A stretch of DNA of 64,000 bases from the NCBI GenBank assembly GCA_001600815.1, contig BCKZ01000001.1:602613-666612 (forward strand), read 5' to 3'. The notes under the pieces were generated by a model. It was not told the origin of the DNA, made no database searches, and saw only the letters and a program-made list of their open reading frames with translations. The stretch comes from Alloascoidea hylecoeti. Its lineage: Eukaryota. Positions 24,666 through 37,949 of this stretch are shown here, one piece after another. Position numbers and translations under genes: made by a program. Position 1 is the first letter of the stretch. Each line of letters opens with the position of its first letter.

Positions 24666-26141
24666 TTACTTTCTACCTTTTCGAACACCATTAACATATC
24701 TTCCTTTTCCTGAACCAATTTTAATACCAGTTGCTTTGGTTCCTTGAGTAGCAAAAGCAGCATATCCCATATCAGCACCATTTCCAATCCACTCATCAAG
24801 GTACTTTTCGTTTTTTCGTCTTTGCCATTGATCTTGTTTAACAGCTTCTTCATATTCTTTCTGGTCCGCTCTAAGTAATGGAACATCTTTATTAGTTTTA
24901 CCATGTTGAAATCCATGAGGTGTAGAACGACTAGCACGGCTTTGGGGACTTGATAAACTATATTTATTTCCTCGATGAGACCATTGCATATTTCTCTTTA
25001 AAAACACTTGAATTTTTCCAGTTGATGATGAAACTGAAACTGAGCAACGCAATAATGTAGCTCCACCGCATTTTGGACAAAAATGTAATGGAACACCATT
25101 TTTTGGCATTGGCACGAGTTTGAAACAAGCGTGACATCTTAGCATATAACTTTTAACCTTTTTAATTTGTAATCCATTATTTGTGTTGATTAAGTTAAGT
25201 CCAATTTGAATAGCAACATTTTGCATTGCAAAATCACCGGAACACATCCCTGCTTTAATGAAAGTAGCTTTATTTTCTTTTTCAACTTCCCCTTGTGATT
25301 TGTCAATTTCAGATTTGATGTTTTCTGGTGTTATCCAACCTTCATCATCATCGTCATCCTCTTCATTTTCAACTAATTCATAAGCTTGATCATTTGCAGC
25401 AGCTATTGGTTGCTTTGCTAATCCAGAGTCATCTTTAGTACTTTCCTGTGATGGTGCCACATATTCTGTAACCTTCTCAACTTTTTCAGTTTGTTGAGAT
25501 TGTTTTGATTTATATTGCTTTCTTCCGCGTCCTGACTTTTTGGGAATTGTTTCCCAGCCATCTTCAACCACACTTTCCTTTTCCTTTTCACTTTGATCTA
25601 TCGTTTCCTCGGTATTTTCTTTAATAGATATACTTTCAATAGGTCCTTTGACCACCACTGTTGATTTTCCGATTTCTTGTGTTAAATCAGCTTCTGGGAT
25701 AATTTTATCATCTTTGTTTATCCCGTTATTATCATCGGTGACAGGCTTGTTGGGATTAATGCCATTGATTCTCTTTTGATTCGGATGCCGTCTTAATCTC
25801 CAATCACCATTATTCAGCTCACATTCTAATTCATAGCATAAAGCTAGCACATAAATATCATTATTACTTAATACAGAATAATCACCCGTTTCCATAGCAA
25901 ACGTTCTAATTTTCTGAATATATTCTTGTTTTGGTTGTCGAAGTATCAACTTTTTATCTTCAGTTGTATTATCCCATAGTAATGTTAAATTTTTTCTTGC
26001 ATGTTCATCACGAATTTCATTATAAACTGTTGGTGGGACATAAAAGTGAGATGCTAATGGGTAAATACTAGATGGATTCTGTGTGATCAGTGGACCAGCA
26101 TCCAATACTAAACTATTTATTCTGGGGTTATTTGAAGTCAT
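24666..26141 (-). CDS. NOB1: 20S pre-rRNA D-site endonuclease Nob1
   Basis: PIN domain (LVLDAG, TGDYSVLSNND), acidic DDDDEGWITPEN, DFAMQNV, Zn ribbon CHAC...CPKCG. First ATG is at 26141 (the track start at 26159 is TTG). Confidence 0.95.
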   Translation of the reverse strand: MTSNNPRINSLVLDAGPLITQNPSSIYPLASHFYVPPTVYNEIRDEHARKNLTLLWDNTTEDKKLILRQPKQEYIQKIRTFAMETGDYSVLSNNDIYVLALCYELECELNNGDWRLRRHPNQKRINGINPNKPVTDDNNGINKDDKIIPEADLTQEIGKSTVVVKGPIESISIKENTEETIDQSEKEKESVVEDGWETIPKKSGRGRKQYKSKQSQQTEKVEKVTEYVAPSQESTKDDSGLAKQPIAAANDQAYELVENEEDDDDDEGWITPENIKSEIDKSQGEVEKENKATFIKAGMCSGDFAMQNVAIQIGLNLINTNNGLQIKKVKSYMLRCHACFKLVPMPKNGVPLHFCPKCGGATLLRCSVSVSSSTGKIQVFLKRNMQWSHRGNKYSLSSPQSRASRSTPHGFQHGKTNKDVPLLRADQKEYEEAVKQDQWQRRKNEKYLDEWIGNGADMGYAAFATQGTKATGIKIGSGKGRYVNGVRKGRK

Positions 26142-26208
26142 ATTGTTGTATAGAATCAAAATGGACTGGAGAAAAAGAAAGTTTCTGCTTGATTCACATA
26201 TTTCAAAA

Positions 26209-26241
26209 TAATTTTTTTCACTTTTTAATCAAGTTACCCGG
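26209..26241. promoter_or_regulatory. RRPE-like element plus Reb1 site upstream of NOB1
   Basis: TGAAAAAAAT on the minus strand (26211-26220) and TTACCCGG (26234-26241), upstream of a ribosome-biogenesis gene. Confidence 0.5.
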
Positions 26242-26781
26242 AGTGTAATATGCAGTGGCCGGGAGAAAACATACAAACCTTACGGAATATACCGTTTATA
26301 ACTCTGAGAATTGAGTATGTGAAATCCTTAGTTTATAACAGGTCATCATTGCAGCAAAGAAACATAAGAGCCATGATATTGAGACTTTCCAAAGATTTCT
26401 TCATGTTTAATTAAGTTATTGATTATTGTGTTTTCCCAGAGATTCTTGCTAGAGTTTCTATTTTCATTTTGAGATCGTTAGTTTACTGTCGAGAAATTTA
26501 CTAAGTAACTCGATAGCAGCATATAACCTTATACATTAGAATTAAGGGACACAAATTGTTTTAGAAAACAAGAAGAGTGTGTGTGTACAAGCGTGAGAGA
26601 GAGTGTGTGTGTGAGATGTGATATCGATAATATTGGCATAAAGATCTTAAAACTATACAAAATTATAAACTCCCTACCTTATTACCCTGAAAAATGATTA
26701 GAAATTGCTTGGGAGATAATAGACACATCGAATAATCCCCTTAGGATCATTAATTCCTACACTTGAAAAACTTCCTGAACT

Positions 26782-28204
26782 CTATTTAGATCCTGAACCT
26801 TTAATAGCGTCCGCAATAAGCAATTCACAGGTAATCACTACTAAATGGTTGTAAGGTCGCCTTACCACCAAAATCGCAGGCATTACTATTTGAATAATTA
26901 TCCAAATAATATTGATTGAGGGCAACTGATAATTTCTCCTTGGCTTCACATGCTGAAAATGCTCCATAAACACCTGTTGTTCCATTAGATCTAATTAAGC
27001 TACAGTCTCCCATACCACAAACTATTTCAAATAATTCACTATAGTCATCTTCAACTAAATTAGCAGATACAACCCATTTGAAGCTTGTCTGAACACAATC
27101 ACACAAGTCTCCATTTGGTGTTGGTGGCAAGTTAAGTGCCGCTTTCCACTTAGGACCATCTGTTGGTGGACATTGAAATTCACCGATAGCAGTAGGTGTA
27201 TAATCTGCAGAATTCACCCCTTTTAGTGTAACTTTTACAATTTCTGAGGATAAATAATCATAATCCTGTAAAGTCTTAACTTTCCCGTCCTCAATAGAAA
27301 CTAAACCAAAATTGTTGGCTTCTTCAAAATACATATGTACAATACCACCAGACCAAACGTCGAGCATATCATCACCATATATTGCACCAACTTCTGTAAA
27401 TTTTCTTGGAGTTACCGCATTACAACCATATTCAGAAAAGAATACTGGAATCGTCATATTTTTGAATAAAGAGGTTAGTGTTGAATAACCTGATTGTTCA
27501 AAACTTGATACACCACACCATTCATAGACATTAATACCATAAAAGTCGGCGGAATCATCATGATCACCACAGACAAAATAATTAGCCATTGCAATTCTTG
27601 TATCGATTTCATCATTTGACGAATAACCAATTGGTATAGCACGATATCCTTTTTCTTTTATGTATGCTATGCAGTCACGTATAGATGCCTTCACGAAAGG
27701 GGAAGCTGCAGTATTATTGGAGGAGATTGTAACTTCATTACTAGCAAAAAAGCCCAAAACATTATCATATTTTTGTAAACTATCAATCACAGCGGTAAAT
27801 CGCTCATAGTGATAAACATCTCATGATGGATCATATCTATTAATTGATACATCTGGTTTTGATAGATCGGCAATAATATAAATCCCTGCGTCGTCGAACA
27901 TTTTCATACAAGCGTCATGATCAGCTTTTGGATCAACGTAATAAACACGAAGAGCATTTGTACCAAGATTAATAAGGTAAGGAAGATCCCGTTTACAAGC
28001 TTCTTCATCGGCAGTCATTTGATGTACCAGCGTTGCCCGACTGATATACGACACCCTTTATGAAGAATTGGGAACCATTCCCTGATTTGTGCCTTTAGAA
28101 ACTATAGGGTCGGAAACTGCTAATGCTAAGCTGACCAAAAACAAGGATAGAAATAAAAGTGAGAGTGAGAGTGGGGTTGAGGAGGCACTCGAGAAGAGAC
28201 ACAT
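26782..28204 (-). pseudogene. Disabled GH72 beta-1,3-glucanosyltransferase (Gas/Phr family, with X8 Cys-box)
   Basis: Signal peptide from ATG 28204. The conserved [14 protein letters not shown] is out of frame between two compensating frameshifts (about 28090 and 28020; TAA at 28058-60 in the ATG frame). In-frame TGA at 27821-23 falls at the conserved Trp of PSW. FASNEV, FFSEYGC and X8 cysteines follow, then a further frameshift and stop near 26830-26782. Confidence 0.88.
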
Positions 28205-28979
28205 GAGTTTAACTTTTATAGAGTGGAGAGAACAAAAGAACTGGAGCCAGAAGAGCGGGTATAAGTATGGCAGCGGGATCTATTCATACGATACTATTAG
28301 AGCTTAGGAATATATATAGTCGACTGGATATTAGTATTGGAAACGGGGTTTAAAGTGAGAAACCTTGACATATCCGACTACATTCGTGTTTGTTTTGCTA
28401 TAATTAACTACATCATAATTCTCTTTCAATAAGTTTCTAGAATAGCAAAGATTAGATTATATGAAGACTAGATAACCCCTAAATATATAATATATATTAT
28501 ATAATAGATAACTAAGAATGTACTTTGATCTTCCCACCCTAACAATATATGAAATAGAAAAGTACATTAAACAGTAAATGATCTATGAAATACATACAAT
28601 GCAGAGGTTGGTGGAAGGAAAGGTCGAATAGTTACTGGTACTTACTCCTATTCAAAACCAAGCGCTAATCTAGCCGCCTTTGAAAAAAAGGTTGAATGCC
28701 AAATTTCCAATGAAGAGAATATTGAAGATAATATTAACATTAATATTGTTAATAATTTTTTATTCGATAACAGAATCGGTTTATGAACACATGCCTGAAT
28801 ATTGCCTGGTTATAGATTAAGAGTGCAAGGAACATTTATTAAGCTTAAGCTTGGTTACAATTGAAAAGCGTTTTGACAAAGTTGAATCTATTCTACAAAT
28901 CTTATTTCAACAGACTATTTATTAATTAACATAGATTCTTTAATATTGCAATATCATTTTAAATCGTCACCTTCACCTT

Positions 28980-29960
28980 AAGCTTATTTTTGCTATATTA
29001 CCTACACTCGTATGTAACTAGCTATGAGATATCGCGATATATGAATTGGGATATTCCAAGGTTCCCCCACTACTCGATGATATAGACCCTCAAATTGTAT
29101 TAAAAGATTATTTCTAATTCACTAGATAATCAGGTGAAAAATACAAGAAACTGGACAAACGTATTAAACTTCTTATTGGATTGGCCAAAAATTAAGTTTT
29201 TTCAATACTCTTATGAAAAAAGTAAAAAAATAGTTTTCAATAAACTTCGGATTCTTAGGGGACAACACCCCATGGAGTGCCAGCTTTATTAATGAGATAA
29301 TTGGCTCAAGCTTGTTTATATTTATTATTCGAATACCATAGCGAAATCTGGTACCCAACTATAAAGAAAGACATTCTGGAAAGATCGCATAATAAATAAG
29401 AAGTGTATGTTAGTTGCTGTTAAATCAACTCCCATTGAAATTATCCATACCGAAATAGATTTCATAGTATTTCATACCAAAGAATCTTATATTAGAAAAT
29501 CTTGTTATATAAATATTTGCATTGGGTCATGAGCATCGCAAAGAATCCTATGGCGCTATTATTAAACGAAATAGTTAAAAAAACTCCAATAATCAGGCCC
29601 ACAGTTGAAATAGCCGATGTGTTTAATGGAAGACTTACCCAATGCCAAGATTTTAAATTAACATCAGATAGGAATCATCGCACAATGACAAACTCAATTC
29701 GACAAGGTCATAGGTGGAAATTTTTACAGGAAACATCAGTAGTTGATTAAATGTGAGACGCTATCTTCAAAGTCAGTTACCTTGCATTTAACAAAAGCAG
29801 AGAAACGAAAGACAATCCGTCTACTTACAAAGTTAAGAATTGGCCATCTTCATCACTACAATTTGACCAAACGTTGAACAAGAACACAAGAGACTGCTTT
29901 TGTGGTCTATTTAAAAAAATACTGCACATCAGCTTGTTGATCTAGCAAAATAGATATATC
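28980..29960 (+). mobile_element. Possible heavily degenerate non-LTR retrotransposon (LINE) ORF2 3' fragment
   Basis: Broken frames give IRLLTKLRIGH (about 29815-29847) then CFCGLFKKILH (about 29894-29926), resembling the LTRLRTGH plus C-x-C-x7-H C-terminus of Tad/I-like LINEs. Weaker upstream matches: ILPTL, ELGYSKVPPL, LHWV. Confidence 0.4.
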
Positions 29961-31307
29961 ACTGTAATACTTGCTACTCCAAAAGGCTTGGCATGCGGCT
30001 CGCAAAATTATTGGAAACATTGATATTCGTGGCCAGCATCATCAAACCTTCACCTTGCTTTTTTTTACTCTCTTTTCCTTCCCTCAACTTCCCTATATGG
30101 ACTCTAGTATGGAGCCCGATATTCCGATGTTACAGGGAACTTAATAACCTTTGCGCTTAACTAAATCAAGGCACAGTACCTCATCATGCTAAGAAGATTT
30201 CAATCCCTGAAAATCATGATTTAAACATACTTAAACTTTTGTGAGACATATATGTATTATTGTTATACAAGTATAGCTTAATAACTCCGCCACTGAATTT
30301 ACTCTGGCTTCAACGGAGTAACTAAATGTGAAATCTGATCCACAAACTTCGACTTGTTCTAACTCAACTTATTTTATATAATTTATAATAAAACCCTTAT
30401 TTTTGTAGTATATATTTTATAATTATTAATATTGCAAATCAGGGTAGGAATCAAACTACTAATTGTAATATTATTTGATACAATTTGCAATTGAGATTGA
30501 ACATGTATAATATTAAAAATTCAACCACTTACGTACTGTATAATTTAGTACGGTTTAACCCATACCGTGCTTGAGAAAAATCGATAATCTTTTCTTAAGC
30601 TTTCTGTAAGTAGGCAGGCCCATACTATACATATGCAAGGAATCCAAAAATCAAAAACTTTTGAAACTACTTCAGAAGTTCAGATAGAAAATACATAATA
30701 CCATTAATATTACCGCTACAACGTTAACTATATAACGAATTATTAACAATCGTATTTACATAATAATTAAATGTTCATCATAAATTCATAATCATTAAAT
30801 TTAAAAATGATAATGATCATAGGTATTTCCCCAAACTATTTATATAGATTTACATAATTCAACCCTGTACTGCTTTAATTTTTCATTTTCTGTGGCTGTA
30901 CCAGCATGAAGAACATAAATCACATTCTAGCTCCATTTCAGATACAGATCATCTTAAACCGCATTATATTCCTTTTATCTTCATCACGTATAGTCGAGGT
31001 AACGTCAGTAGGTAGGCATAATATACATTCACCGAAATTCTGATACCGTCACCCTAATCTTGAATGTAGATGACGCTTACGTGTACGCGTACGATCCAAA
31101 TTGCAATACAGTGATTAATGATAATACATACATTTCCTTCTCTATAAAACAGGAGTGCCATAAAGTATTATAGATCATCAATGATTCATCATCATAATTA
31201 TCATGTAAGCCTTCACATTTATGCTCTTTGCATATATTTAACATGTATATGAAGCTCGAGATATGCCAAATTGTCAAGCATCAGCGGCTAGCCGTTATAT
31301 TTAATTA

Positions 31308-32980
31308 CTATATATGCATTCTTTCACTTACCGCGTTTGCCTTTAAGGTATTGATTCTAGATGGTTGAAGGGGTGATCTAGCATTATTAACGCCATTGTG
31401 ATTGCAATTGTATATGTAACCAGGCATAAGCTTGCGATTGGAAATCGGCTGCTGCATTAATATTGGTTTCTCCTTCGAATGACTTCTATTAATAAGACTT
31501 GATTTCTTCGAGACCAAAGGTTTTTCTCTTGCACTCGATTTTATATTCAAAGCAGTGAATTGTGAAATCAGATCGGTGCAATTGTTTGAATTGATTGAAG
31601 TATTTATCTTAGAGCATGTTTTTGGTGAGTCCAAGTTGGTAATATCATCTGACGCCAACCGCAATGGTACACATTCGTTATAATGGATATTTCTCATACT
31701 TTTCGTTGATTTTGGTGTGTACAATAATGATCTAGATCTAGTTCCCTCTTCTGATTCAATAATGAAATCGATTTCCTTTAAGAAATCTCTTCCTTGAATC
31801 AAAAATATAGTTTTGTGTGTTACATTCCATTCTTTTATTAACGATTGTAAAGTCGATAAAACTATTGGCCTTCTTTTACTAATACGTATCCTTAGTTGTT
31901 CCTCTCTTAGTAATCTTTTAGGATCATAATTTTTCCCTCTAAAAAGTCTACTCTTATCCTTCATGGATTCTTCAACTTCTCTGGAATCTTTTTCGAGATC
32001 GAAGAACGAATCGACTACCAGTAATATTTCTTTCCTTAATTCGTAAAGTGACTTTAAACGCTCCAATTCAACTTCATACATTTCCAACAGTTCTTCGTTA
32101 TATATATTGAGATTGTGAAGTATACTAAACTTACTTCTTTCTTTATCACTTAAATATAACATGTTCCAATATAGTTCAATCTCATTGATTATATCATCGA
32201 TAAACACTCTGACATGCTCCTTTTTCTTAATGTTTAGCCTAGCTAATTCTTTCAACCATACCTCCTCTATAGATACTTTCAGATTGTCATTTTTTCCCGT
32301 AAACTCACAAATATAAACTTCGCTTTCATGTAGTTTATCCCATAAGTAAAGAACATTTTTCTTAATACCATCAAGTGTATTTCTCCTTAGTTGCTCTTCT
32401 TTTTTCAAATTTTCATCCAGAGTCTTTAGAAAATCAATATCAAGATCAGATATTTTATAATTAACACCGTGATCAACGGCAGAATTAGTTCCAACAACAT
32501 CTTCAGATATAAGGACTTTTAAAATATTCACATCAATTTCCTTTTCTGGCACTCCAATCATTGAAAATGACGTTACTATCGAAGATGATAGCTTCATAAT
32601 TGTTTCAATCCTCAAATTTTTTTCATCATTCAATTTAGATAGTACAGAATGTATAGATTTTTGAAATTTATTTGAAATATCTAGTAATGAAATATTTTCA
32701 TTAACAAAATTAATGACATCATCATTCTCATGATCATTGTTAAACGACAATATCATCCGATTAATGTAAGAAGGGTCTCTAAATAATTCCATCTGAGCAG
32801 GAAGAAGATCGGTTATCATCCCAAAATCGTTAAAAGATTCCAATAATTTTTTTATTCGTGTTGAATAGTCGGTTATTTGTGCTAATCTTTTTACTACTAT
32901 GGGTACCAGGTTAACCGAACAACAATATTGCAAAACGCGGTTGCTTTCAAGTAAATTTAAGGTACAAGTATTGTCATTAA

Positions 32981-33014
<34 letters not shown>

Positions 33015-33362
33015 TTCTTTGATGCTAAGAGTTGTTATTGTGTTAGTTTCAAGTATGAGACTTGAAATATTTTTATAGTCAGTTCCCAGTAATATTTCCA
33101 AATCTAGTATATTGGTGACACCTAAAGCTCTAACCATATTATTTATGCTGTATATAAGAAATTCATTACGAGCTTTCAAGTGTTGTACTTCATTATTTAC
33201 GATTAAAACCTGCTCATCTAGTATAATCAAGATTAAAGAATATATATGTTTTTCTCTTTGAAACCGTTCATTATCTGAGATACCCAATGCATCAAAAGCT
33301 AATCCAAGTTGAACTTTGACTTGCTCAAGACGCGTTAAGATAAATGACGTTCTTCTGTTCAT
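31308..33362 (-). CDS. ASE1: Spindle midzone microtubule bundler, MAP65/Ase1/PRC1 family
   Basis: Helical rod with LWDKL, YWNMLYLSDKER, ELLEMYEVELERLK, MKDKSRLF...RLLREEQLR, FLIQGRDF; basic disordered C-terminal tail. Confidence 0.85.
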
Positions 33363-33756
33363 GACAATACTGTATAAAACGATGGTTTATTTCTTTTTGA
33401 AATCAAAAAGTAAAAAGCAATTCGCCAAATACATGTAATTAACAATATTATAGTCAATTGCAATATTATAATCTCTATAAACTGTGAATCCCATTTGTGA
33501 TCTATCAGATGATTTGGATCAGAAAGCCACAATTTCAGCTTGAAAATAATGGCTTTTTTTTTAAAACACCGAAAATTTCAGTTGAACATATCTAATGCAA
33601 AGTCCTTTTTTCTCTAAAATGTAGCCAACAATCAGTGCAAAATTAAATAATACCAATTGCAATGTGACAGATAATATGATAAGTGAAATCCATTAATTAT
33701 AGCTAACAGCTATATCATCATATATTTTATGGCTTTCTTTTTAATTTTCTTTAAAT

Positions 33757-33840
33757 TTCTTATTCTTATTCTTATTCTTAAGCTTATTTTCATTTTCATT
33801 TTCATTTTCATTTTCATTTTCATTTTCACTCTTGTTTTCA
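33757..33840. repeat. Compound hexamer microsatellite (TTCTTA)n then (TTTTCA)n
   Basis: ttcttattcttattcttattctta...ttttcattttcattttcattttcattttcattttcattttca. Confidence 0.9.
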
Positions 33841-34928
33841 TGAACATGGTTCATGACATAATAATTGCAATTGTAAAGAGACAGTAGCTATAGGTTTTTG
33901 TTTTCCAAATAAACCAAATAATAATCATAATTATATACTATTAATTATGTTAAAATAATTAAATTAAAAAAGGACTCGTGTTATATTATGGGACGTGTAG
34001 TGTAAACTTACATGTCGTGTAATAGCCCTTTGTGTAACTACATGTAATTATATTGTTGAATTCTAACGTTAACATTAAATATGATTGTGATGCTGTCAGT
34101 GAAAATTGATGACAGCAAATGCAGAAGTATAATTATGAAAGTAATAACTGGCAATTTAAAATTAATTGTAGAACGAGAAAGAAGACAAAAAGAAATTAAA
34201 TGGATTTTTATCAAACTTCTTATGCAATATAAACTTAACAACTATAATTTCTTTAAGTTTAAATACCCTTTAAGCTATCAATTATAAGATTTAGGTTTAT
34301 GTTTACTGTAAATATATGTATATGGATGCAACGGGGGAAAAATAGCATTATTAGGCGCCGTAACATCTACATCACTGGTACAGTGTAATATTGCCCAAAT
34401 TTTCTGTACATCATTCAATCATCAGCACTGATAATATTAATATGTAGAATGGAAAGAAGATATATATGATTCAGTTGTGTTTGTTCTTTGTTTTCATTGG
34501 GGACCTAGATTTCAACCATATTCTAACCCTGAACCGTTTAGTTATCTAAGTTCTAGGTTCCTCTCAGGGCAAAAACAGCAATAAAGATCTGAAATACTTA
34601 AGATCAAGGATAAAGTGTAAATCGTAAGTTTATACTGTAAAGTATATAAATAATAATGAAATAATTAATGGATAGAAATTTAAATTTTATATGACAACTT
34701 TACAGCAATTGGAATAATAGTATAATCAAGGTTATACATCATATATTATATCAGATCCTTTAGAATGACATATCCGCGCAGTGTATCTCTAATTATATAT
34801 TTAAATACCCGATCAATCCCTCCCAATTTTGTTTTTATCTCCCGATAATTAATATTTAACAGTTGCCTTTCTTTCTTATTTCTTATTGCCTTTTTATTAA
34901 ATTTAAACGGATACATCTATAACATACA

Positions 34929-35792
34929 ATGATATCGCGTACTCCTCTTTTGAATACCCCAAATCTCTCGGGATCTACCTCAATTACAATATTGCAAAGT
35001 CCATTTAGTCCACGGCCGGTGCCTGAAGATGGAACAATTTTATCCCCAAGAACTGGAAAGGAAAGATATTTTACAGGGGAACCCAAATACCTTACTCCAG
35101 AAGCAACACCCACTTCTTCTCGGTCGTCAGTTGATCAGTCAAGGTTATCTATAGTTGATATCTCAGAAACTTTGAAAAGGAGACTAACATATGCCATGGT
35201 TAAGGTCCAAAATAGCCAGACAAACCAAACTGTTCATCAATTGGAATCAACATCTTTATCGGGTGCCATAATATCAACTCCAATATCTAGAATCACTGGT
35301 AACGTCCCTCGAGTATTGTCTCCGAGAATGGCAAAAAGAACTGAGCGCGTCCTATCACAAGCAAGAGCCATGCTACATCACCGAAGTGTCTCAGATACGT
35401 GCCTTAGGTTAAATTCAATACTCAACGACGGGCCTGATCATGATCTGCCACAAACGCGGTCACTGCTATCACCTAAGAGATCAAGAATTTCTACTCCTTA
35501 TTTACCATATCCTACTGTAACTTCAACACAAACGTCCTTAGCTCCTGGTTTCCAAGATTATTCTTTTACACAATCTCCACGAAGAAGGGTATTCACAAAA
35601 TTACCACCACTAAACTTATCGAATGTTTCATATTCTCCAGATCCTAGATTTAGAGTAGAAAGCCGGTTTCATGATCAACAATGCGATAGAAGAGTTGAAA
35701 ATGAACAAGAGGTTGAAGCAATTCAATCTCTAATGTTTTTGTCAAGCCCTAATGGATTGAAATCGCCCTACAGTGGTAATAGTCAACCTTAA
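34929..35792 (+). CDS. Whi5/Nrm1-family G1/S transcriptional repressor-like protein
   Basis: GTB-like motif LKRRLTYAMVKVQN, many S/T-P-R/K CDK sites (SPR, SPKR, SPRRR), C-terminal EAIQSLMFLSSP. Confidence 0.75.
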   Translation: MISRTPLLNTPNLSGSTSITILQSPFSPRPVPEDGTILSPRTGKERYFTGEPKYLTPEATPTSSRSSVDQSRLSIVDISETLKRRLTYAMVKVQNSQTNQTVHQLESTSLSGAIISTPISRITGNVPRVLSPRMAKRTERVLSQARAMLHHRSVSDTCLRLNSILNDGPDHDLPQTRSLLSPKRSRISTPYLPYPTVTSTQTSLAPGFQDYSFTQSPRRRVFTKLPPLNLSNVSYSPDPRFRVESRFHDQQCDRRVENEQEVEAIQSLMFLSSPNGLKSPYSGNSQP

Positions 35793-37949
35793 AGAAAAGC
35801 TTAAGGATGAATAATGATATATATGCTGAACTGCAATTATTTGATGAAACAATATAGGCCTAGGGGTTATAAGCCTTATAGTATAATGACTACCTCTTTT
35901 TCATGCTTATTTATAATTAACACTTAGATTTCAGTTGCACAATTGGTGTTGTTCGTTATATGGTCTAATCCTTTGTTAATTTTTTATTTAATATTTATGA
36001 TTTTATTCAACCATTTAATATTTGTAAGGTTGCGTTATACTCTTTTATATAATTAGACACATATTTCAAGTTTTGGGTATACATATAATATAATTATGAA
36101 CACTACTGTTGACACCCCTTTTAATTTTAAACTTGATGAACCTTGTTATACCTGTTCAATATCCAAAACTCCAAACACTGTATAAATAATCCTAAATATT
36201 TAAGAGAAACCCTAGTGGGGATCCACACGTATTTTTGATCTTTGCTAACAATAACCTAATTATGCTGCGAACCTTTCTTGTATTAATGCACGAATTTTAA
36301 CTAAGCAAAAACTATATATAGTCTATAGTGAAGCATTACCAAATTAGGTTTTGATACATAATTATTCATCAATCATAATTATAAAGGCCTAGGTGATCAA
36401 AAACCTCTTGTACCCAGTGAAATATTGACATTTTTCCTTACTACTGTACCCCTTAAGCTTAGGGTTTATCTTAAATTTATATAATTACTTACAAGCAATT
36501 GCAAGTAATTATAAGTATTAATATACTTATATATCATTATTCTATGTATAGAATATTTATATCTAATTAATTTTAGTATTTATAGTTATAAATATAATAT
36601 TCCATATATTTTCTTATCAGTTATTTTTTGAGATTGTGTAATCTGAAATTTATTTCATTTCAGAAAAATGACAATACACCCCTGCCCTGTTATTACCTGT
36701 TTCTGTAATTGAATTAAAATTTATAAAGACTTCAAAAAGAAAAACGTTAAAATACTACCAGCGATATCCTCAGGAAGCTTAAATAAACTCCATATCCTTT
36801 ATCCCTTTTTGGAATTCAAAGAGATTTAGAGGGAAAAAAGCAAACGAAACATCAACTATATTTATATATACTATTTACTCACTATTTTATAAAATTTACA
36901 TCATTGCCTATTAAATAATTTTAAGCTTATAAGAAGTTACGCCTATTAGTATTTATATTTTTCTTAATCAGATGTACGATATTAATGGGATTATTATTTA
37001 AGTTTAGATATGTGAGAGTCTTCCTGGGTAATGGATCTATTTAAGTGAGGGCTATAAATACTAGCTAATTGAAGGTAACAACTAACAACCCACAATATAG
37101 GTAGCACTTGAATATCCAAGGCCGGCATCAGGAGAAATTTCATGAAAAATAAAGAAAATTTCCTTATATTTAATTTGTATACTAGAGATAATAGAGAAAT
37201 CTTATATCTCTCGATTTTAATTATGTAACTTTTCTAATGTGATCATTAAGCTTAGAATAATTGCAATTGATTATGGTGGTTGCCAGTCAAGATGTCATTA
37301 CATATATGAGAGTCAACTATTCTCCCAGTGGACGGGTAACTACCGTATAGGGTTTATGCGCCTTCATAATTACCGCATATGGCTTTGCAACTATGTCTAT
37401 GCATATGTCACTACTAGCTTTGATAAATGTAGGGATTTTTATTCCCTTTTTGATAAACGTCTAAATAGTGGGGGATTTCAGTAATATAAGCGATATAATT
37501 TGAATTTTTACGATATAATTAAGATTTAGTTAAAGTCTACATAATATTTTTGGAATCATCTATAAAACAACTAAATAAAGGCTGCCTGGATGAAGCAGGA
37601 ACACCCAAAGATTACAAGAATTGAATAGGTTCAGCCAATCACCCAACTGTTATACCCGAAACATGGACAAATGTTTTTTGCGTAAAGTGATTGGTACCAT
37701 ATTACCCAAATATTGACCCAAACAACTGAAGAATTAAACCGTAACATACCGATCTTTTTCTAATCAAACCTAGATAATTATTTATACCATAGGGGAAATT
37801 TTTGAAACATTTTATACCAATGGTTACCCGTCCTTAAGCCCCACCCACCGGATCAAGTGACCCGAGTGAGGGACTCATTGCAGAGACCCGAGAATACAAA
37901 TAGCTTTACACGATTTGTCAGTTTTTTTATCTCCGTTAATGGTGCAAAC

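Noticed and set aside
27821..27823. In-frame TGA at a conserved Trp in the GAS gene, suggesting UGA-Trp recoding, readthrough or selenocysteine
   Set aside because: The same gene has several independent frameshifts, and other genes here use TGA as a normal stop (19441, 45322, 46843, 59083). A TGG-to-TGA nonsense mutation is the simpler explanation.
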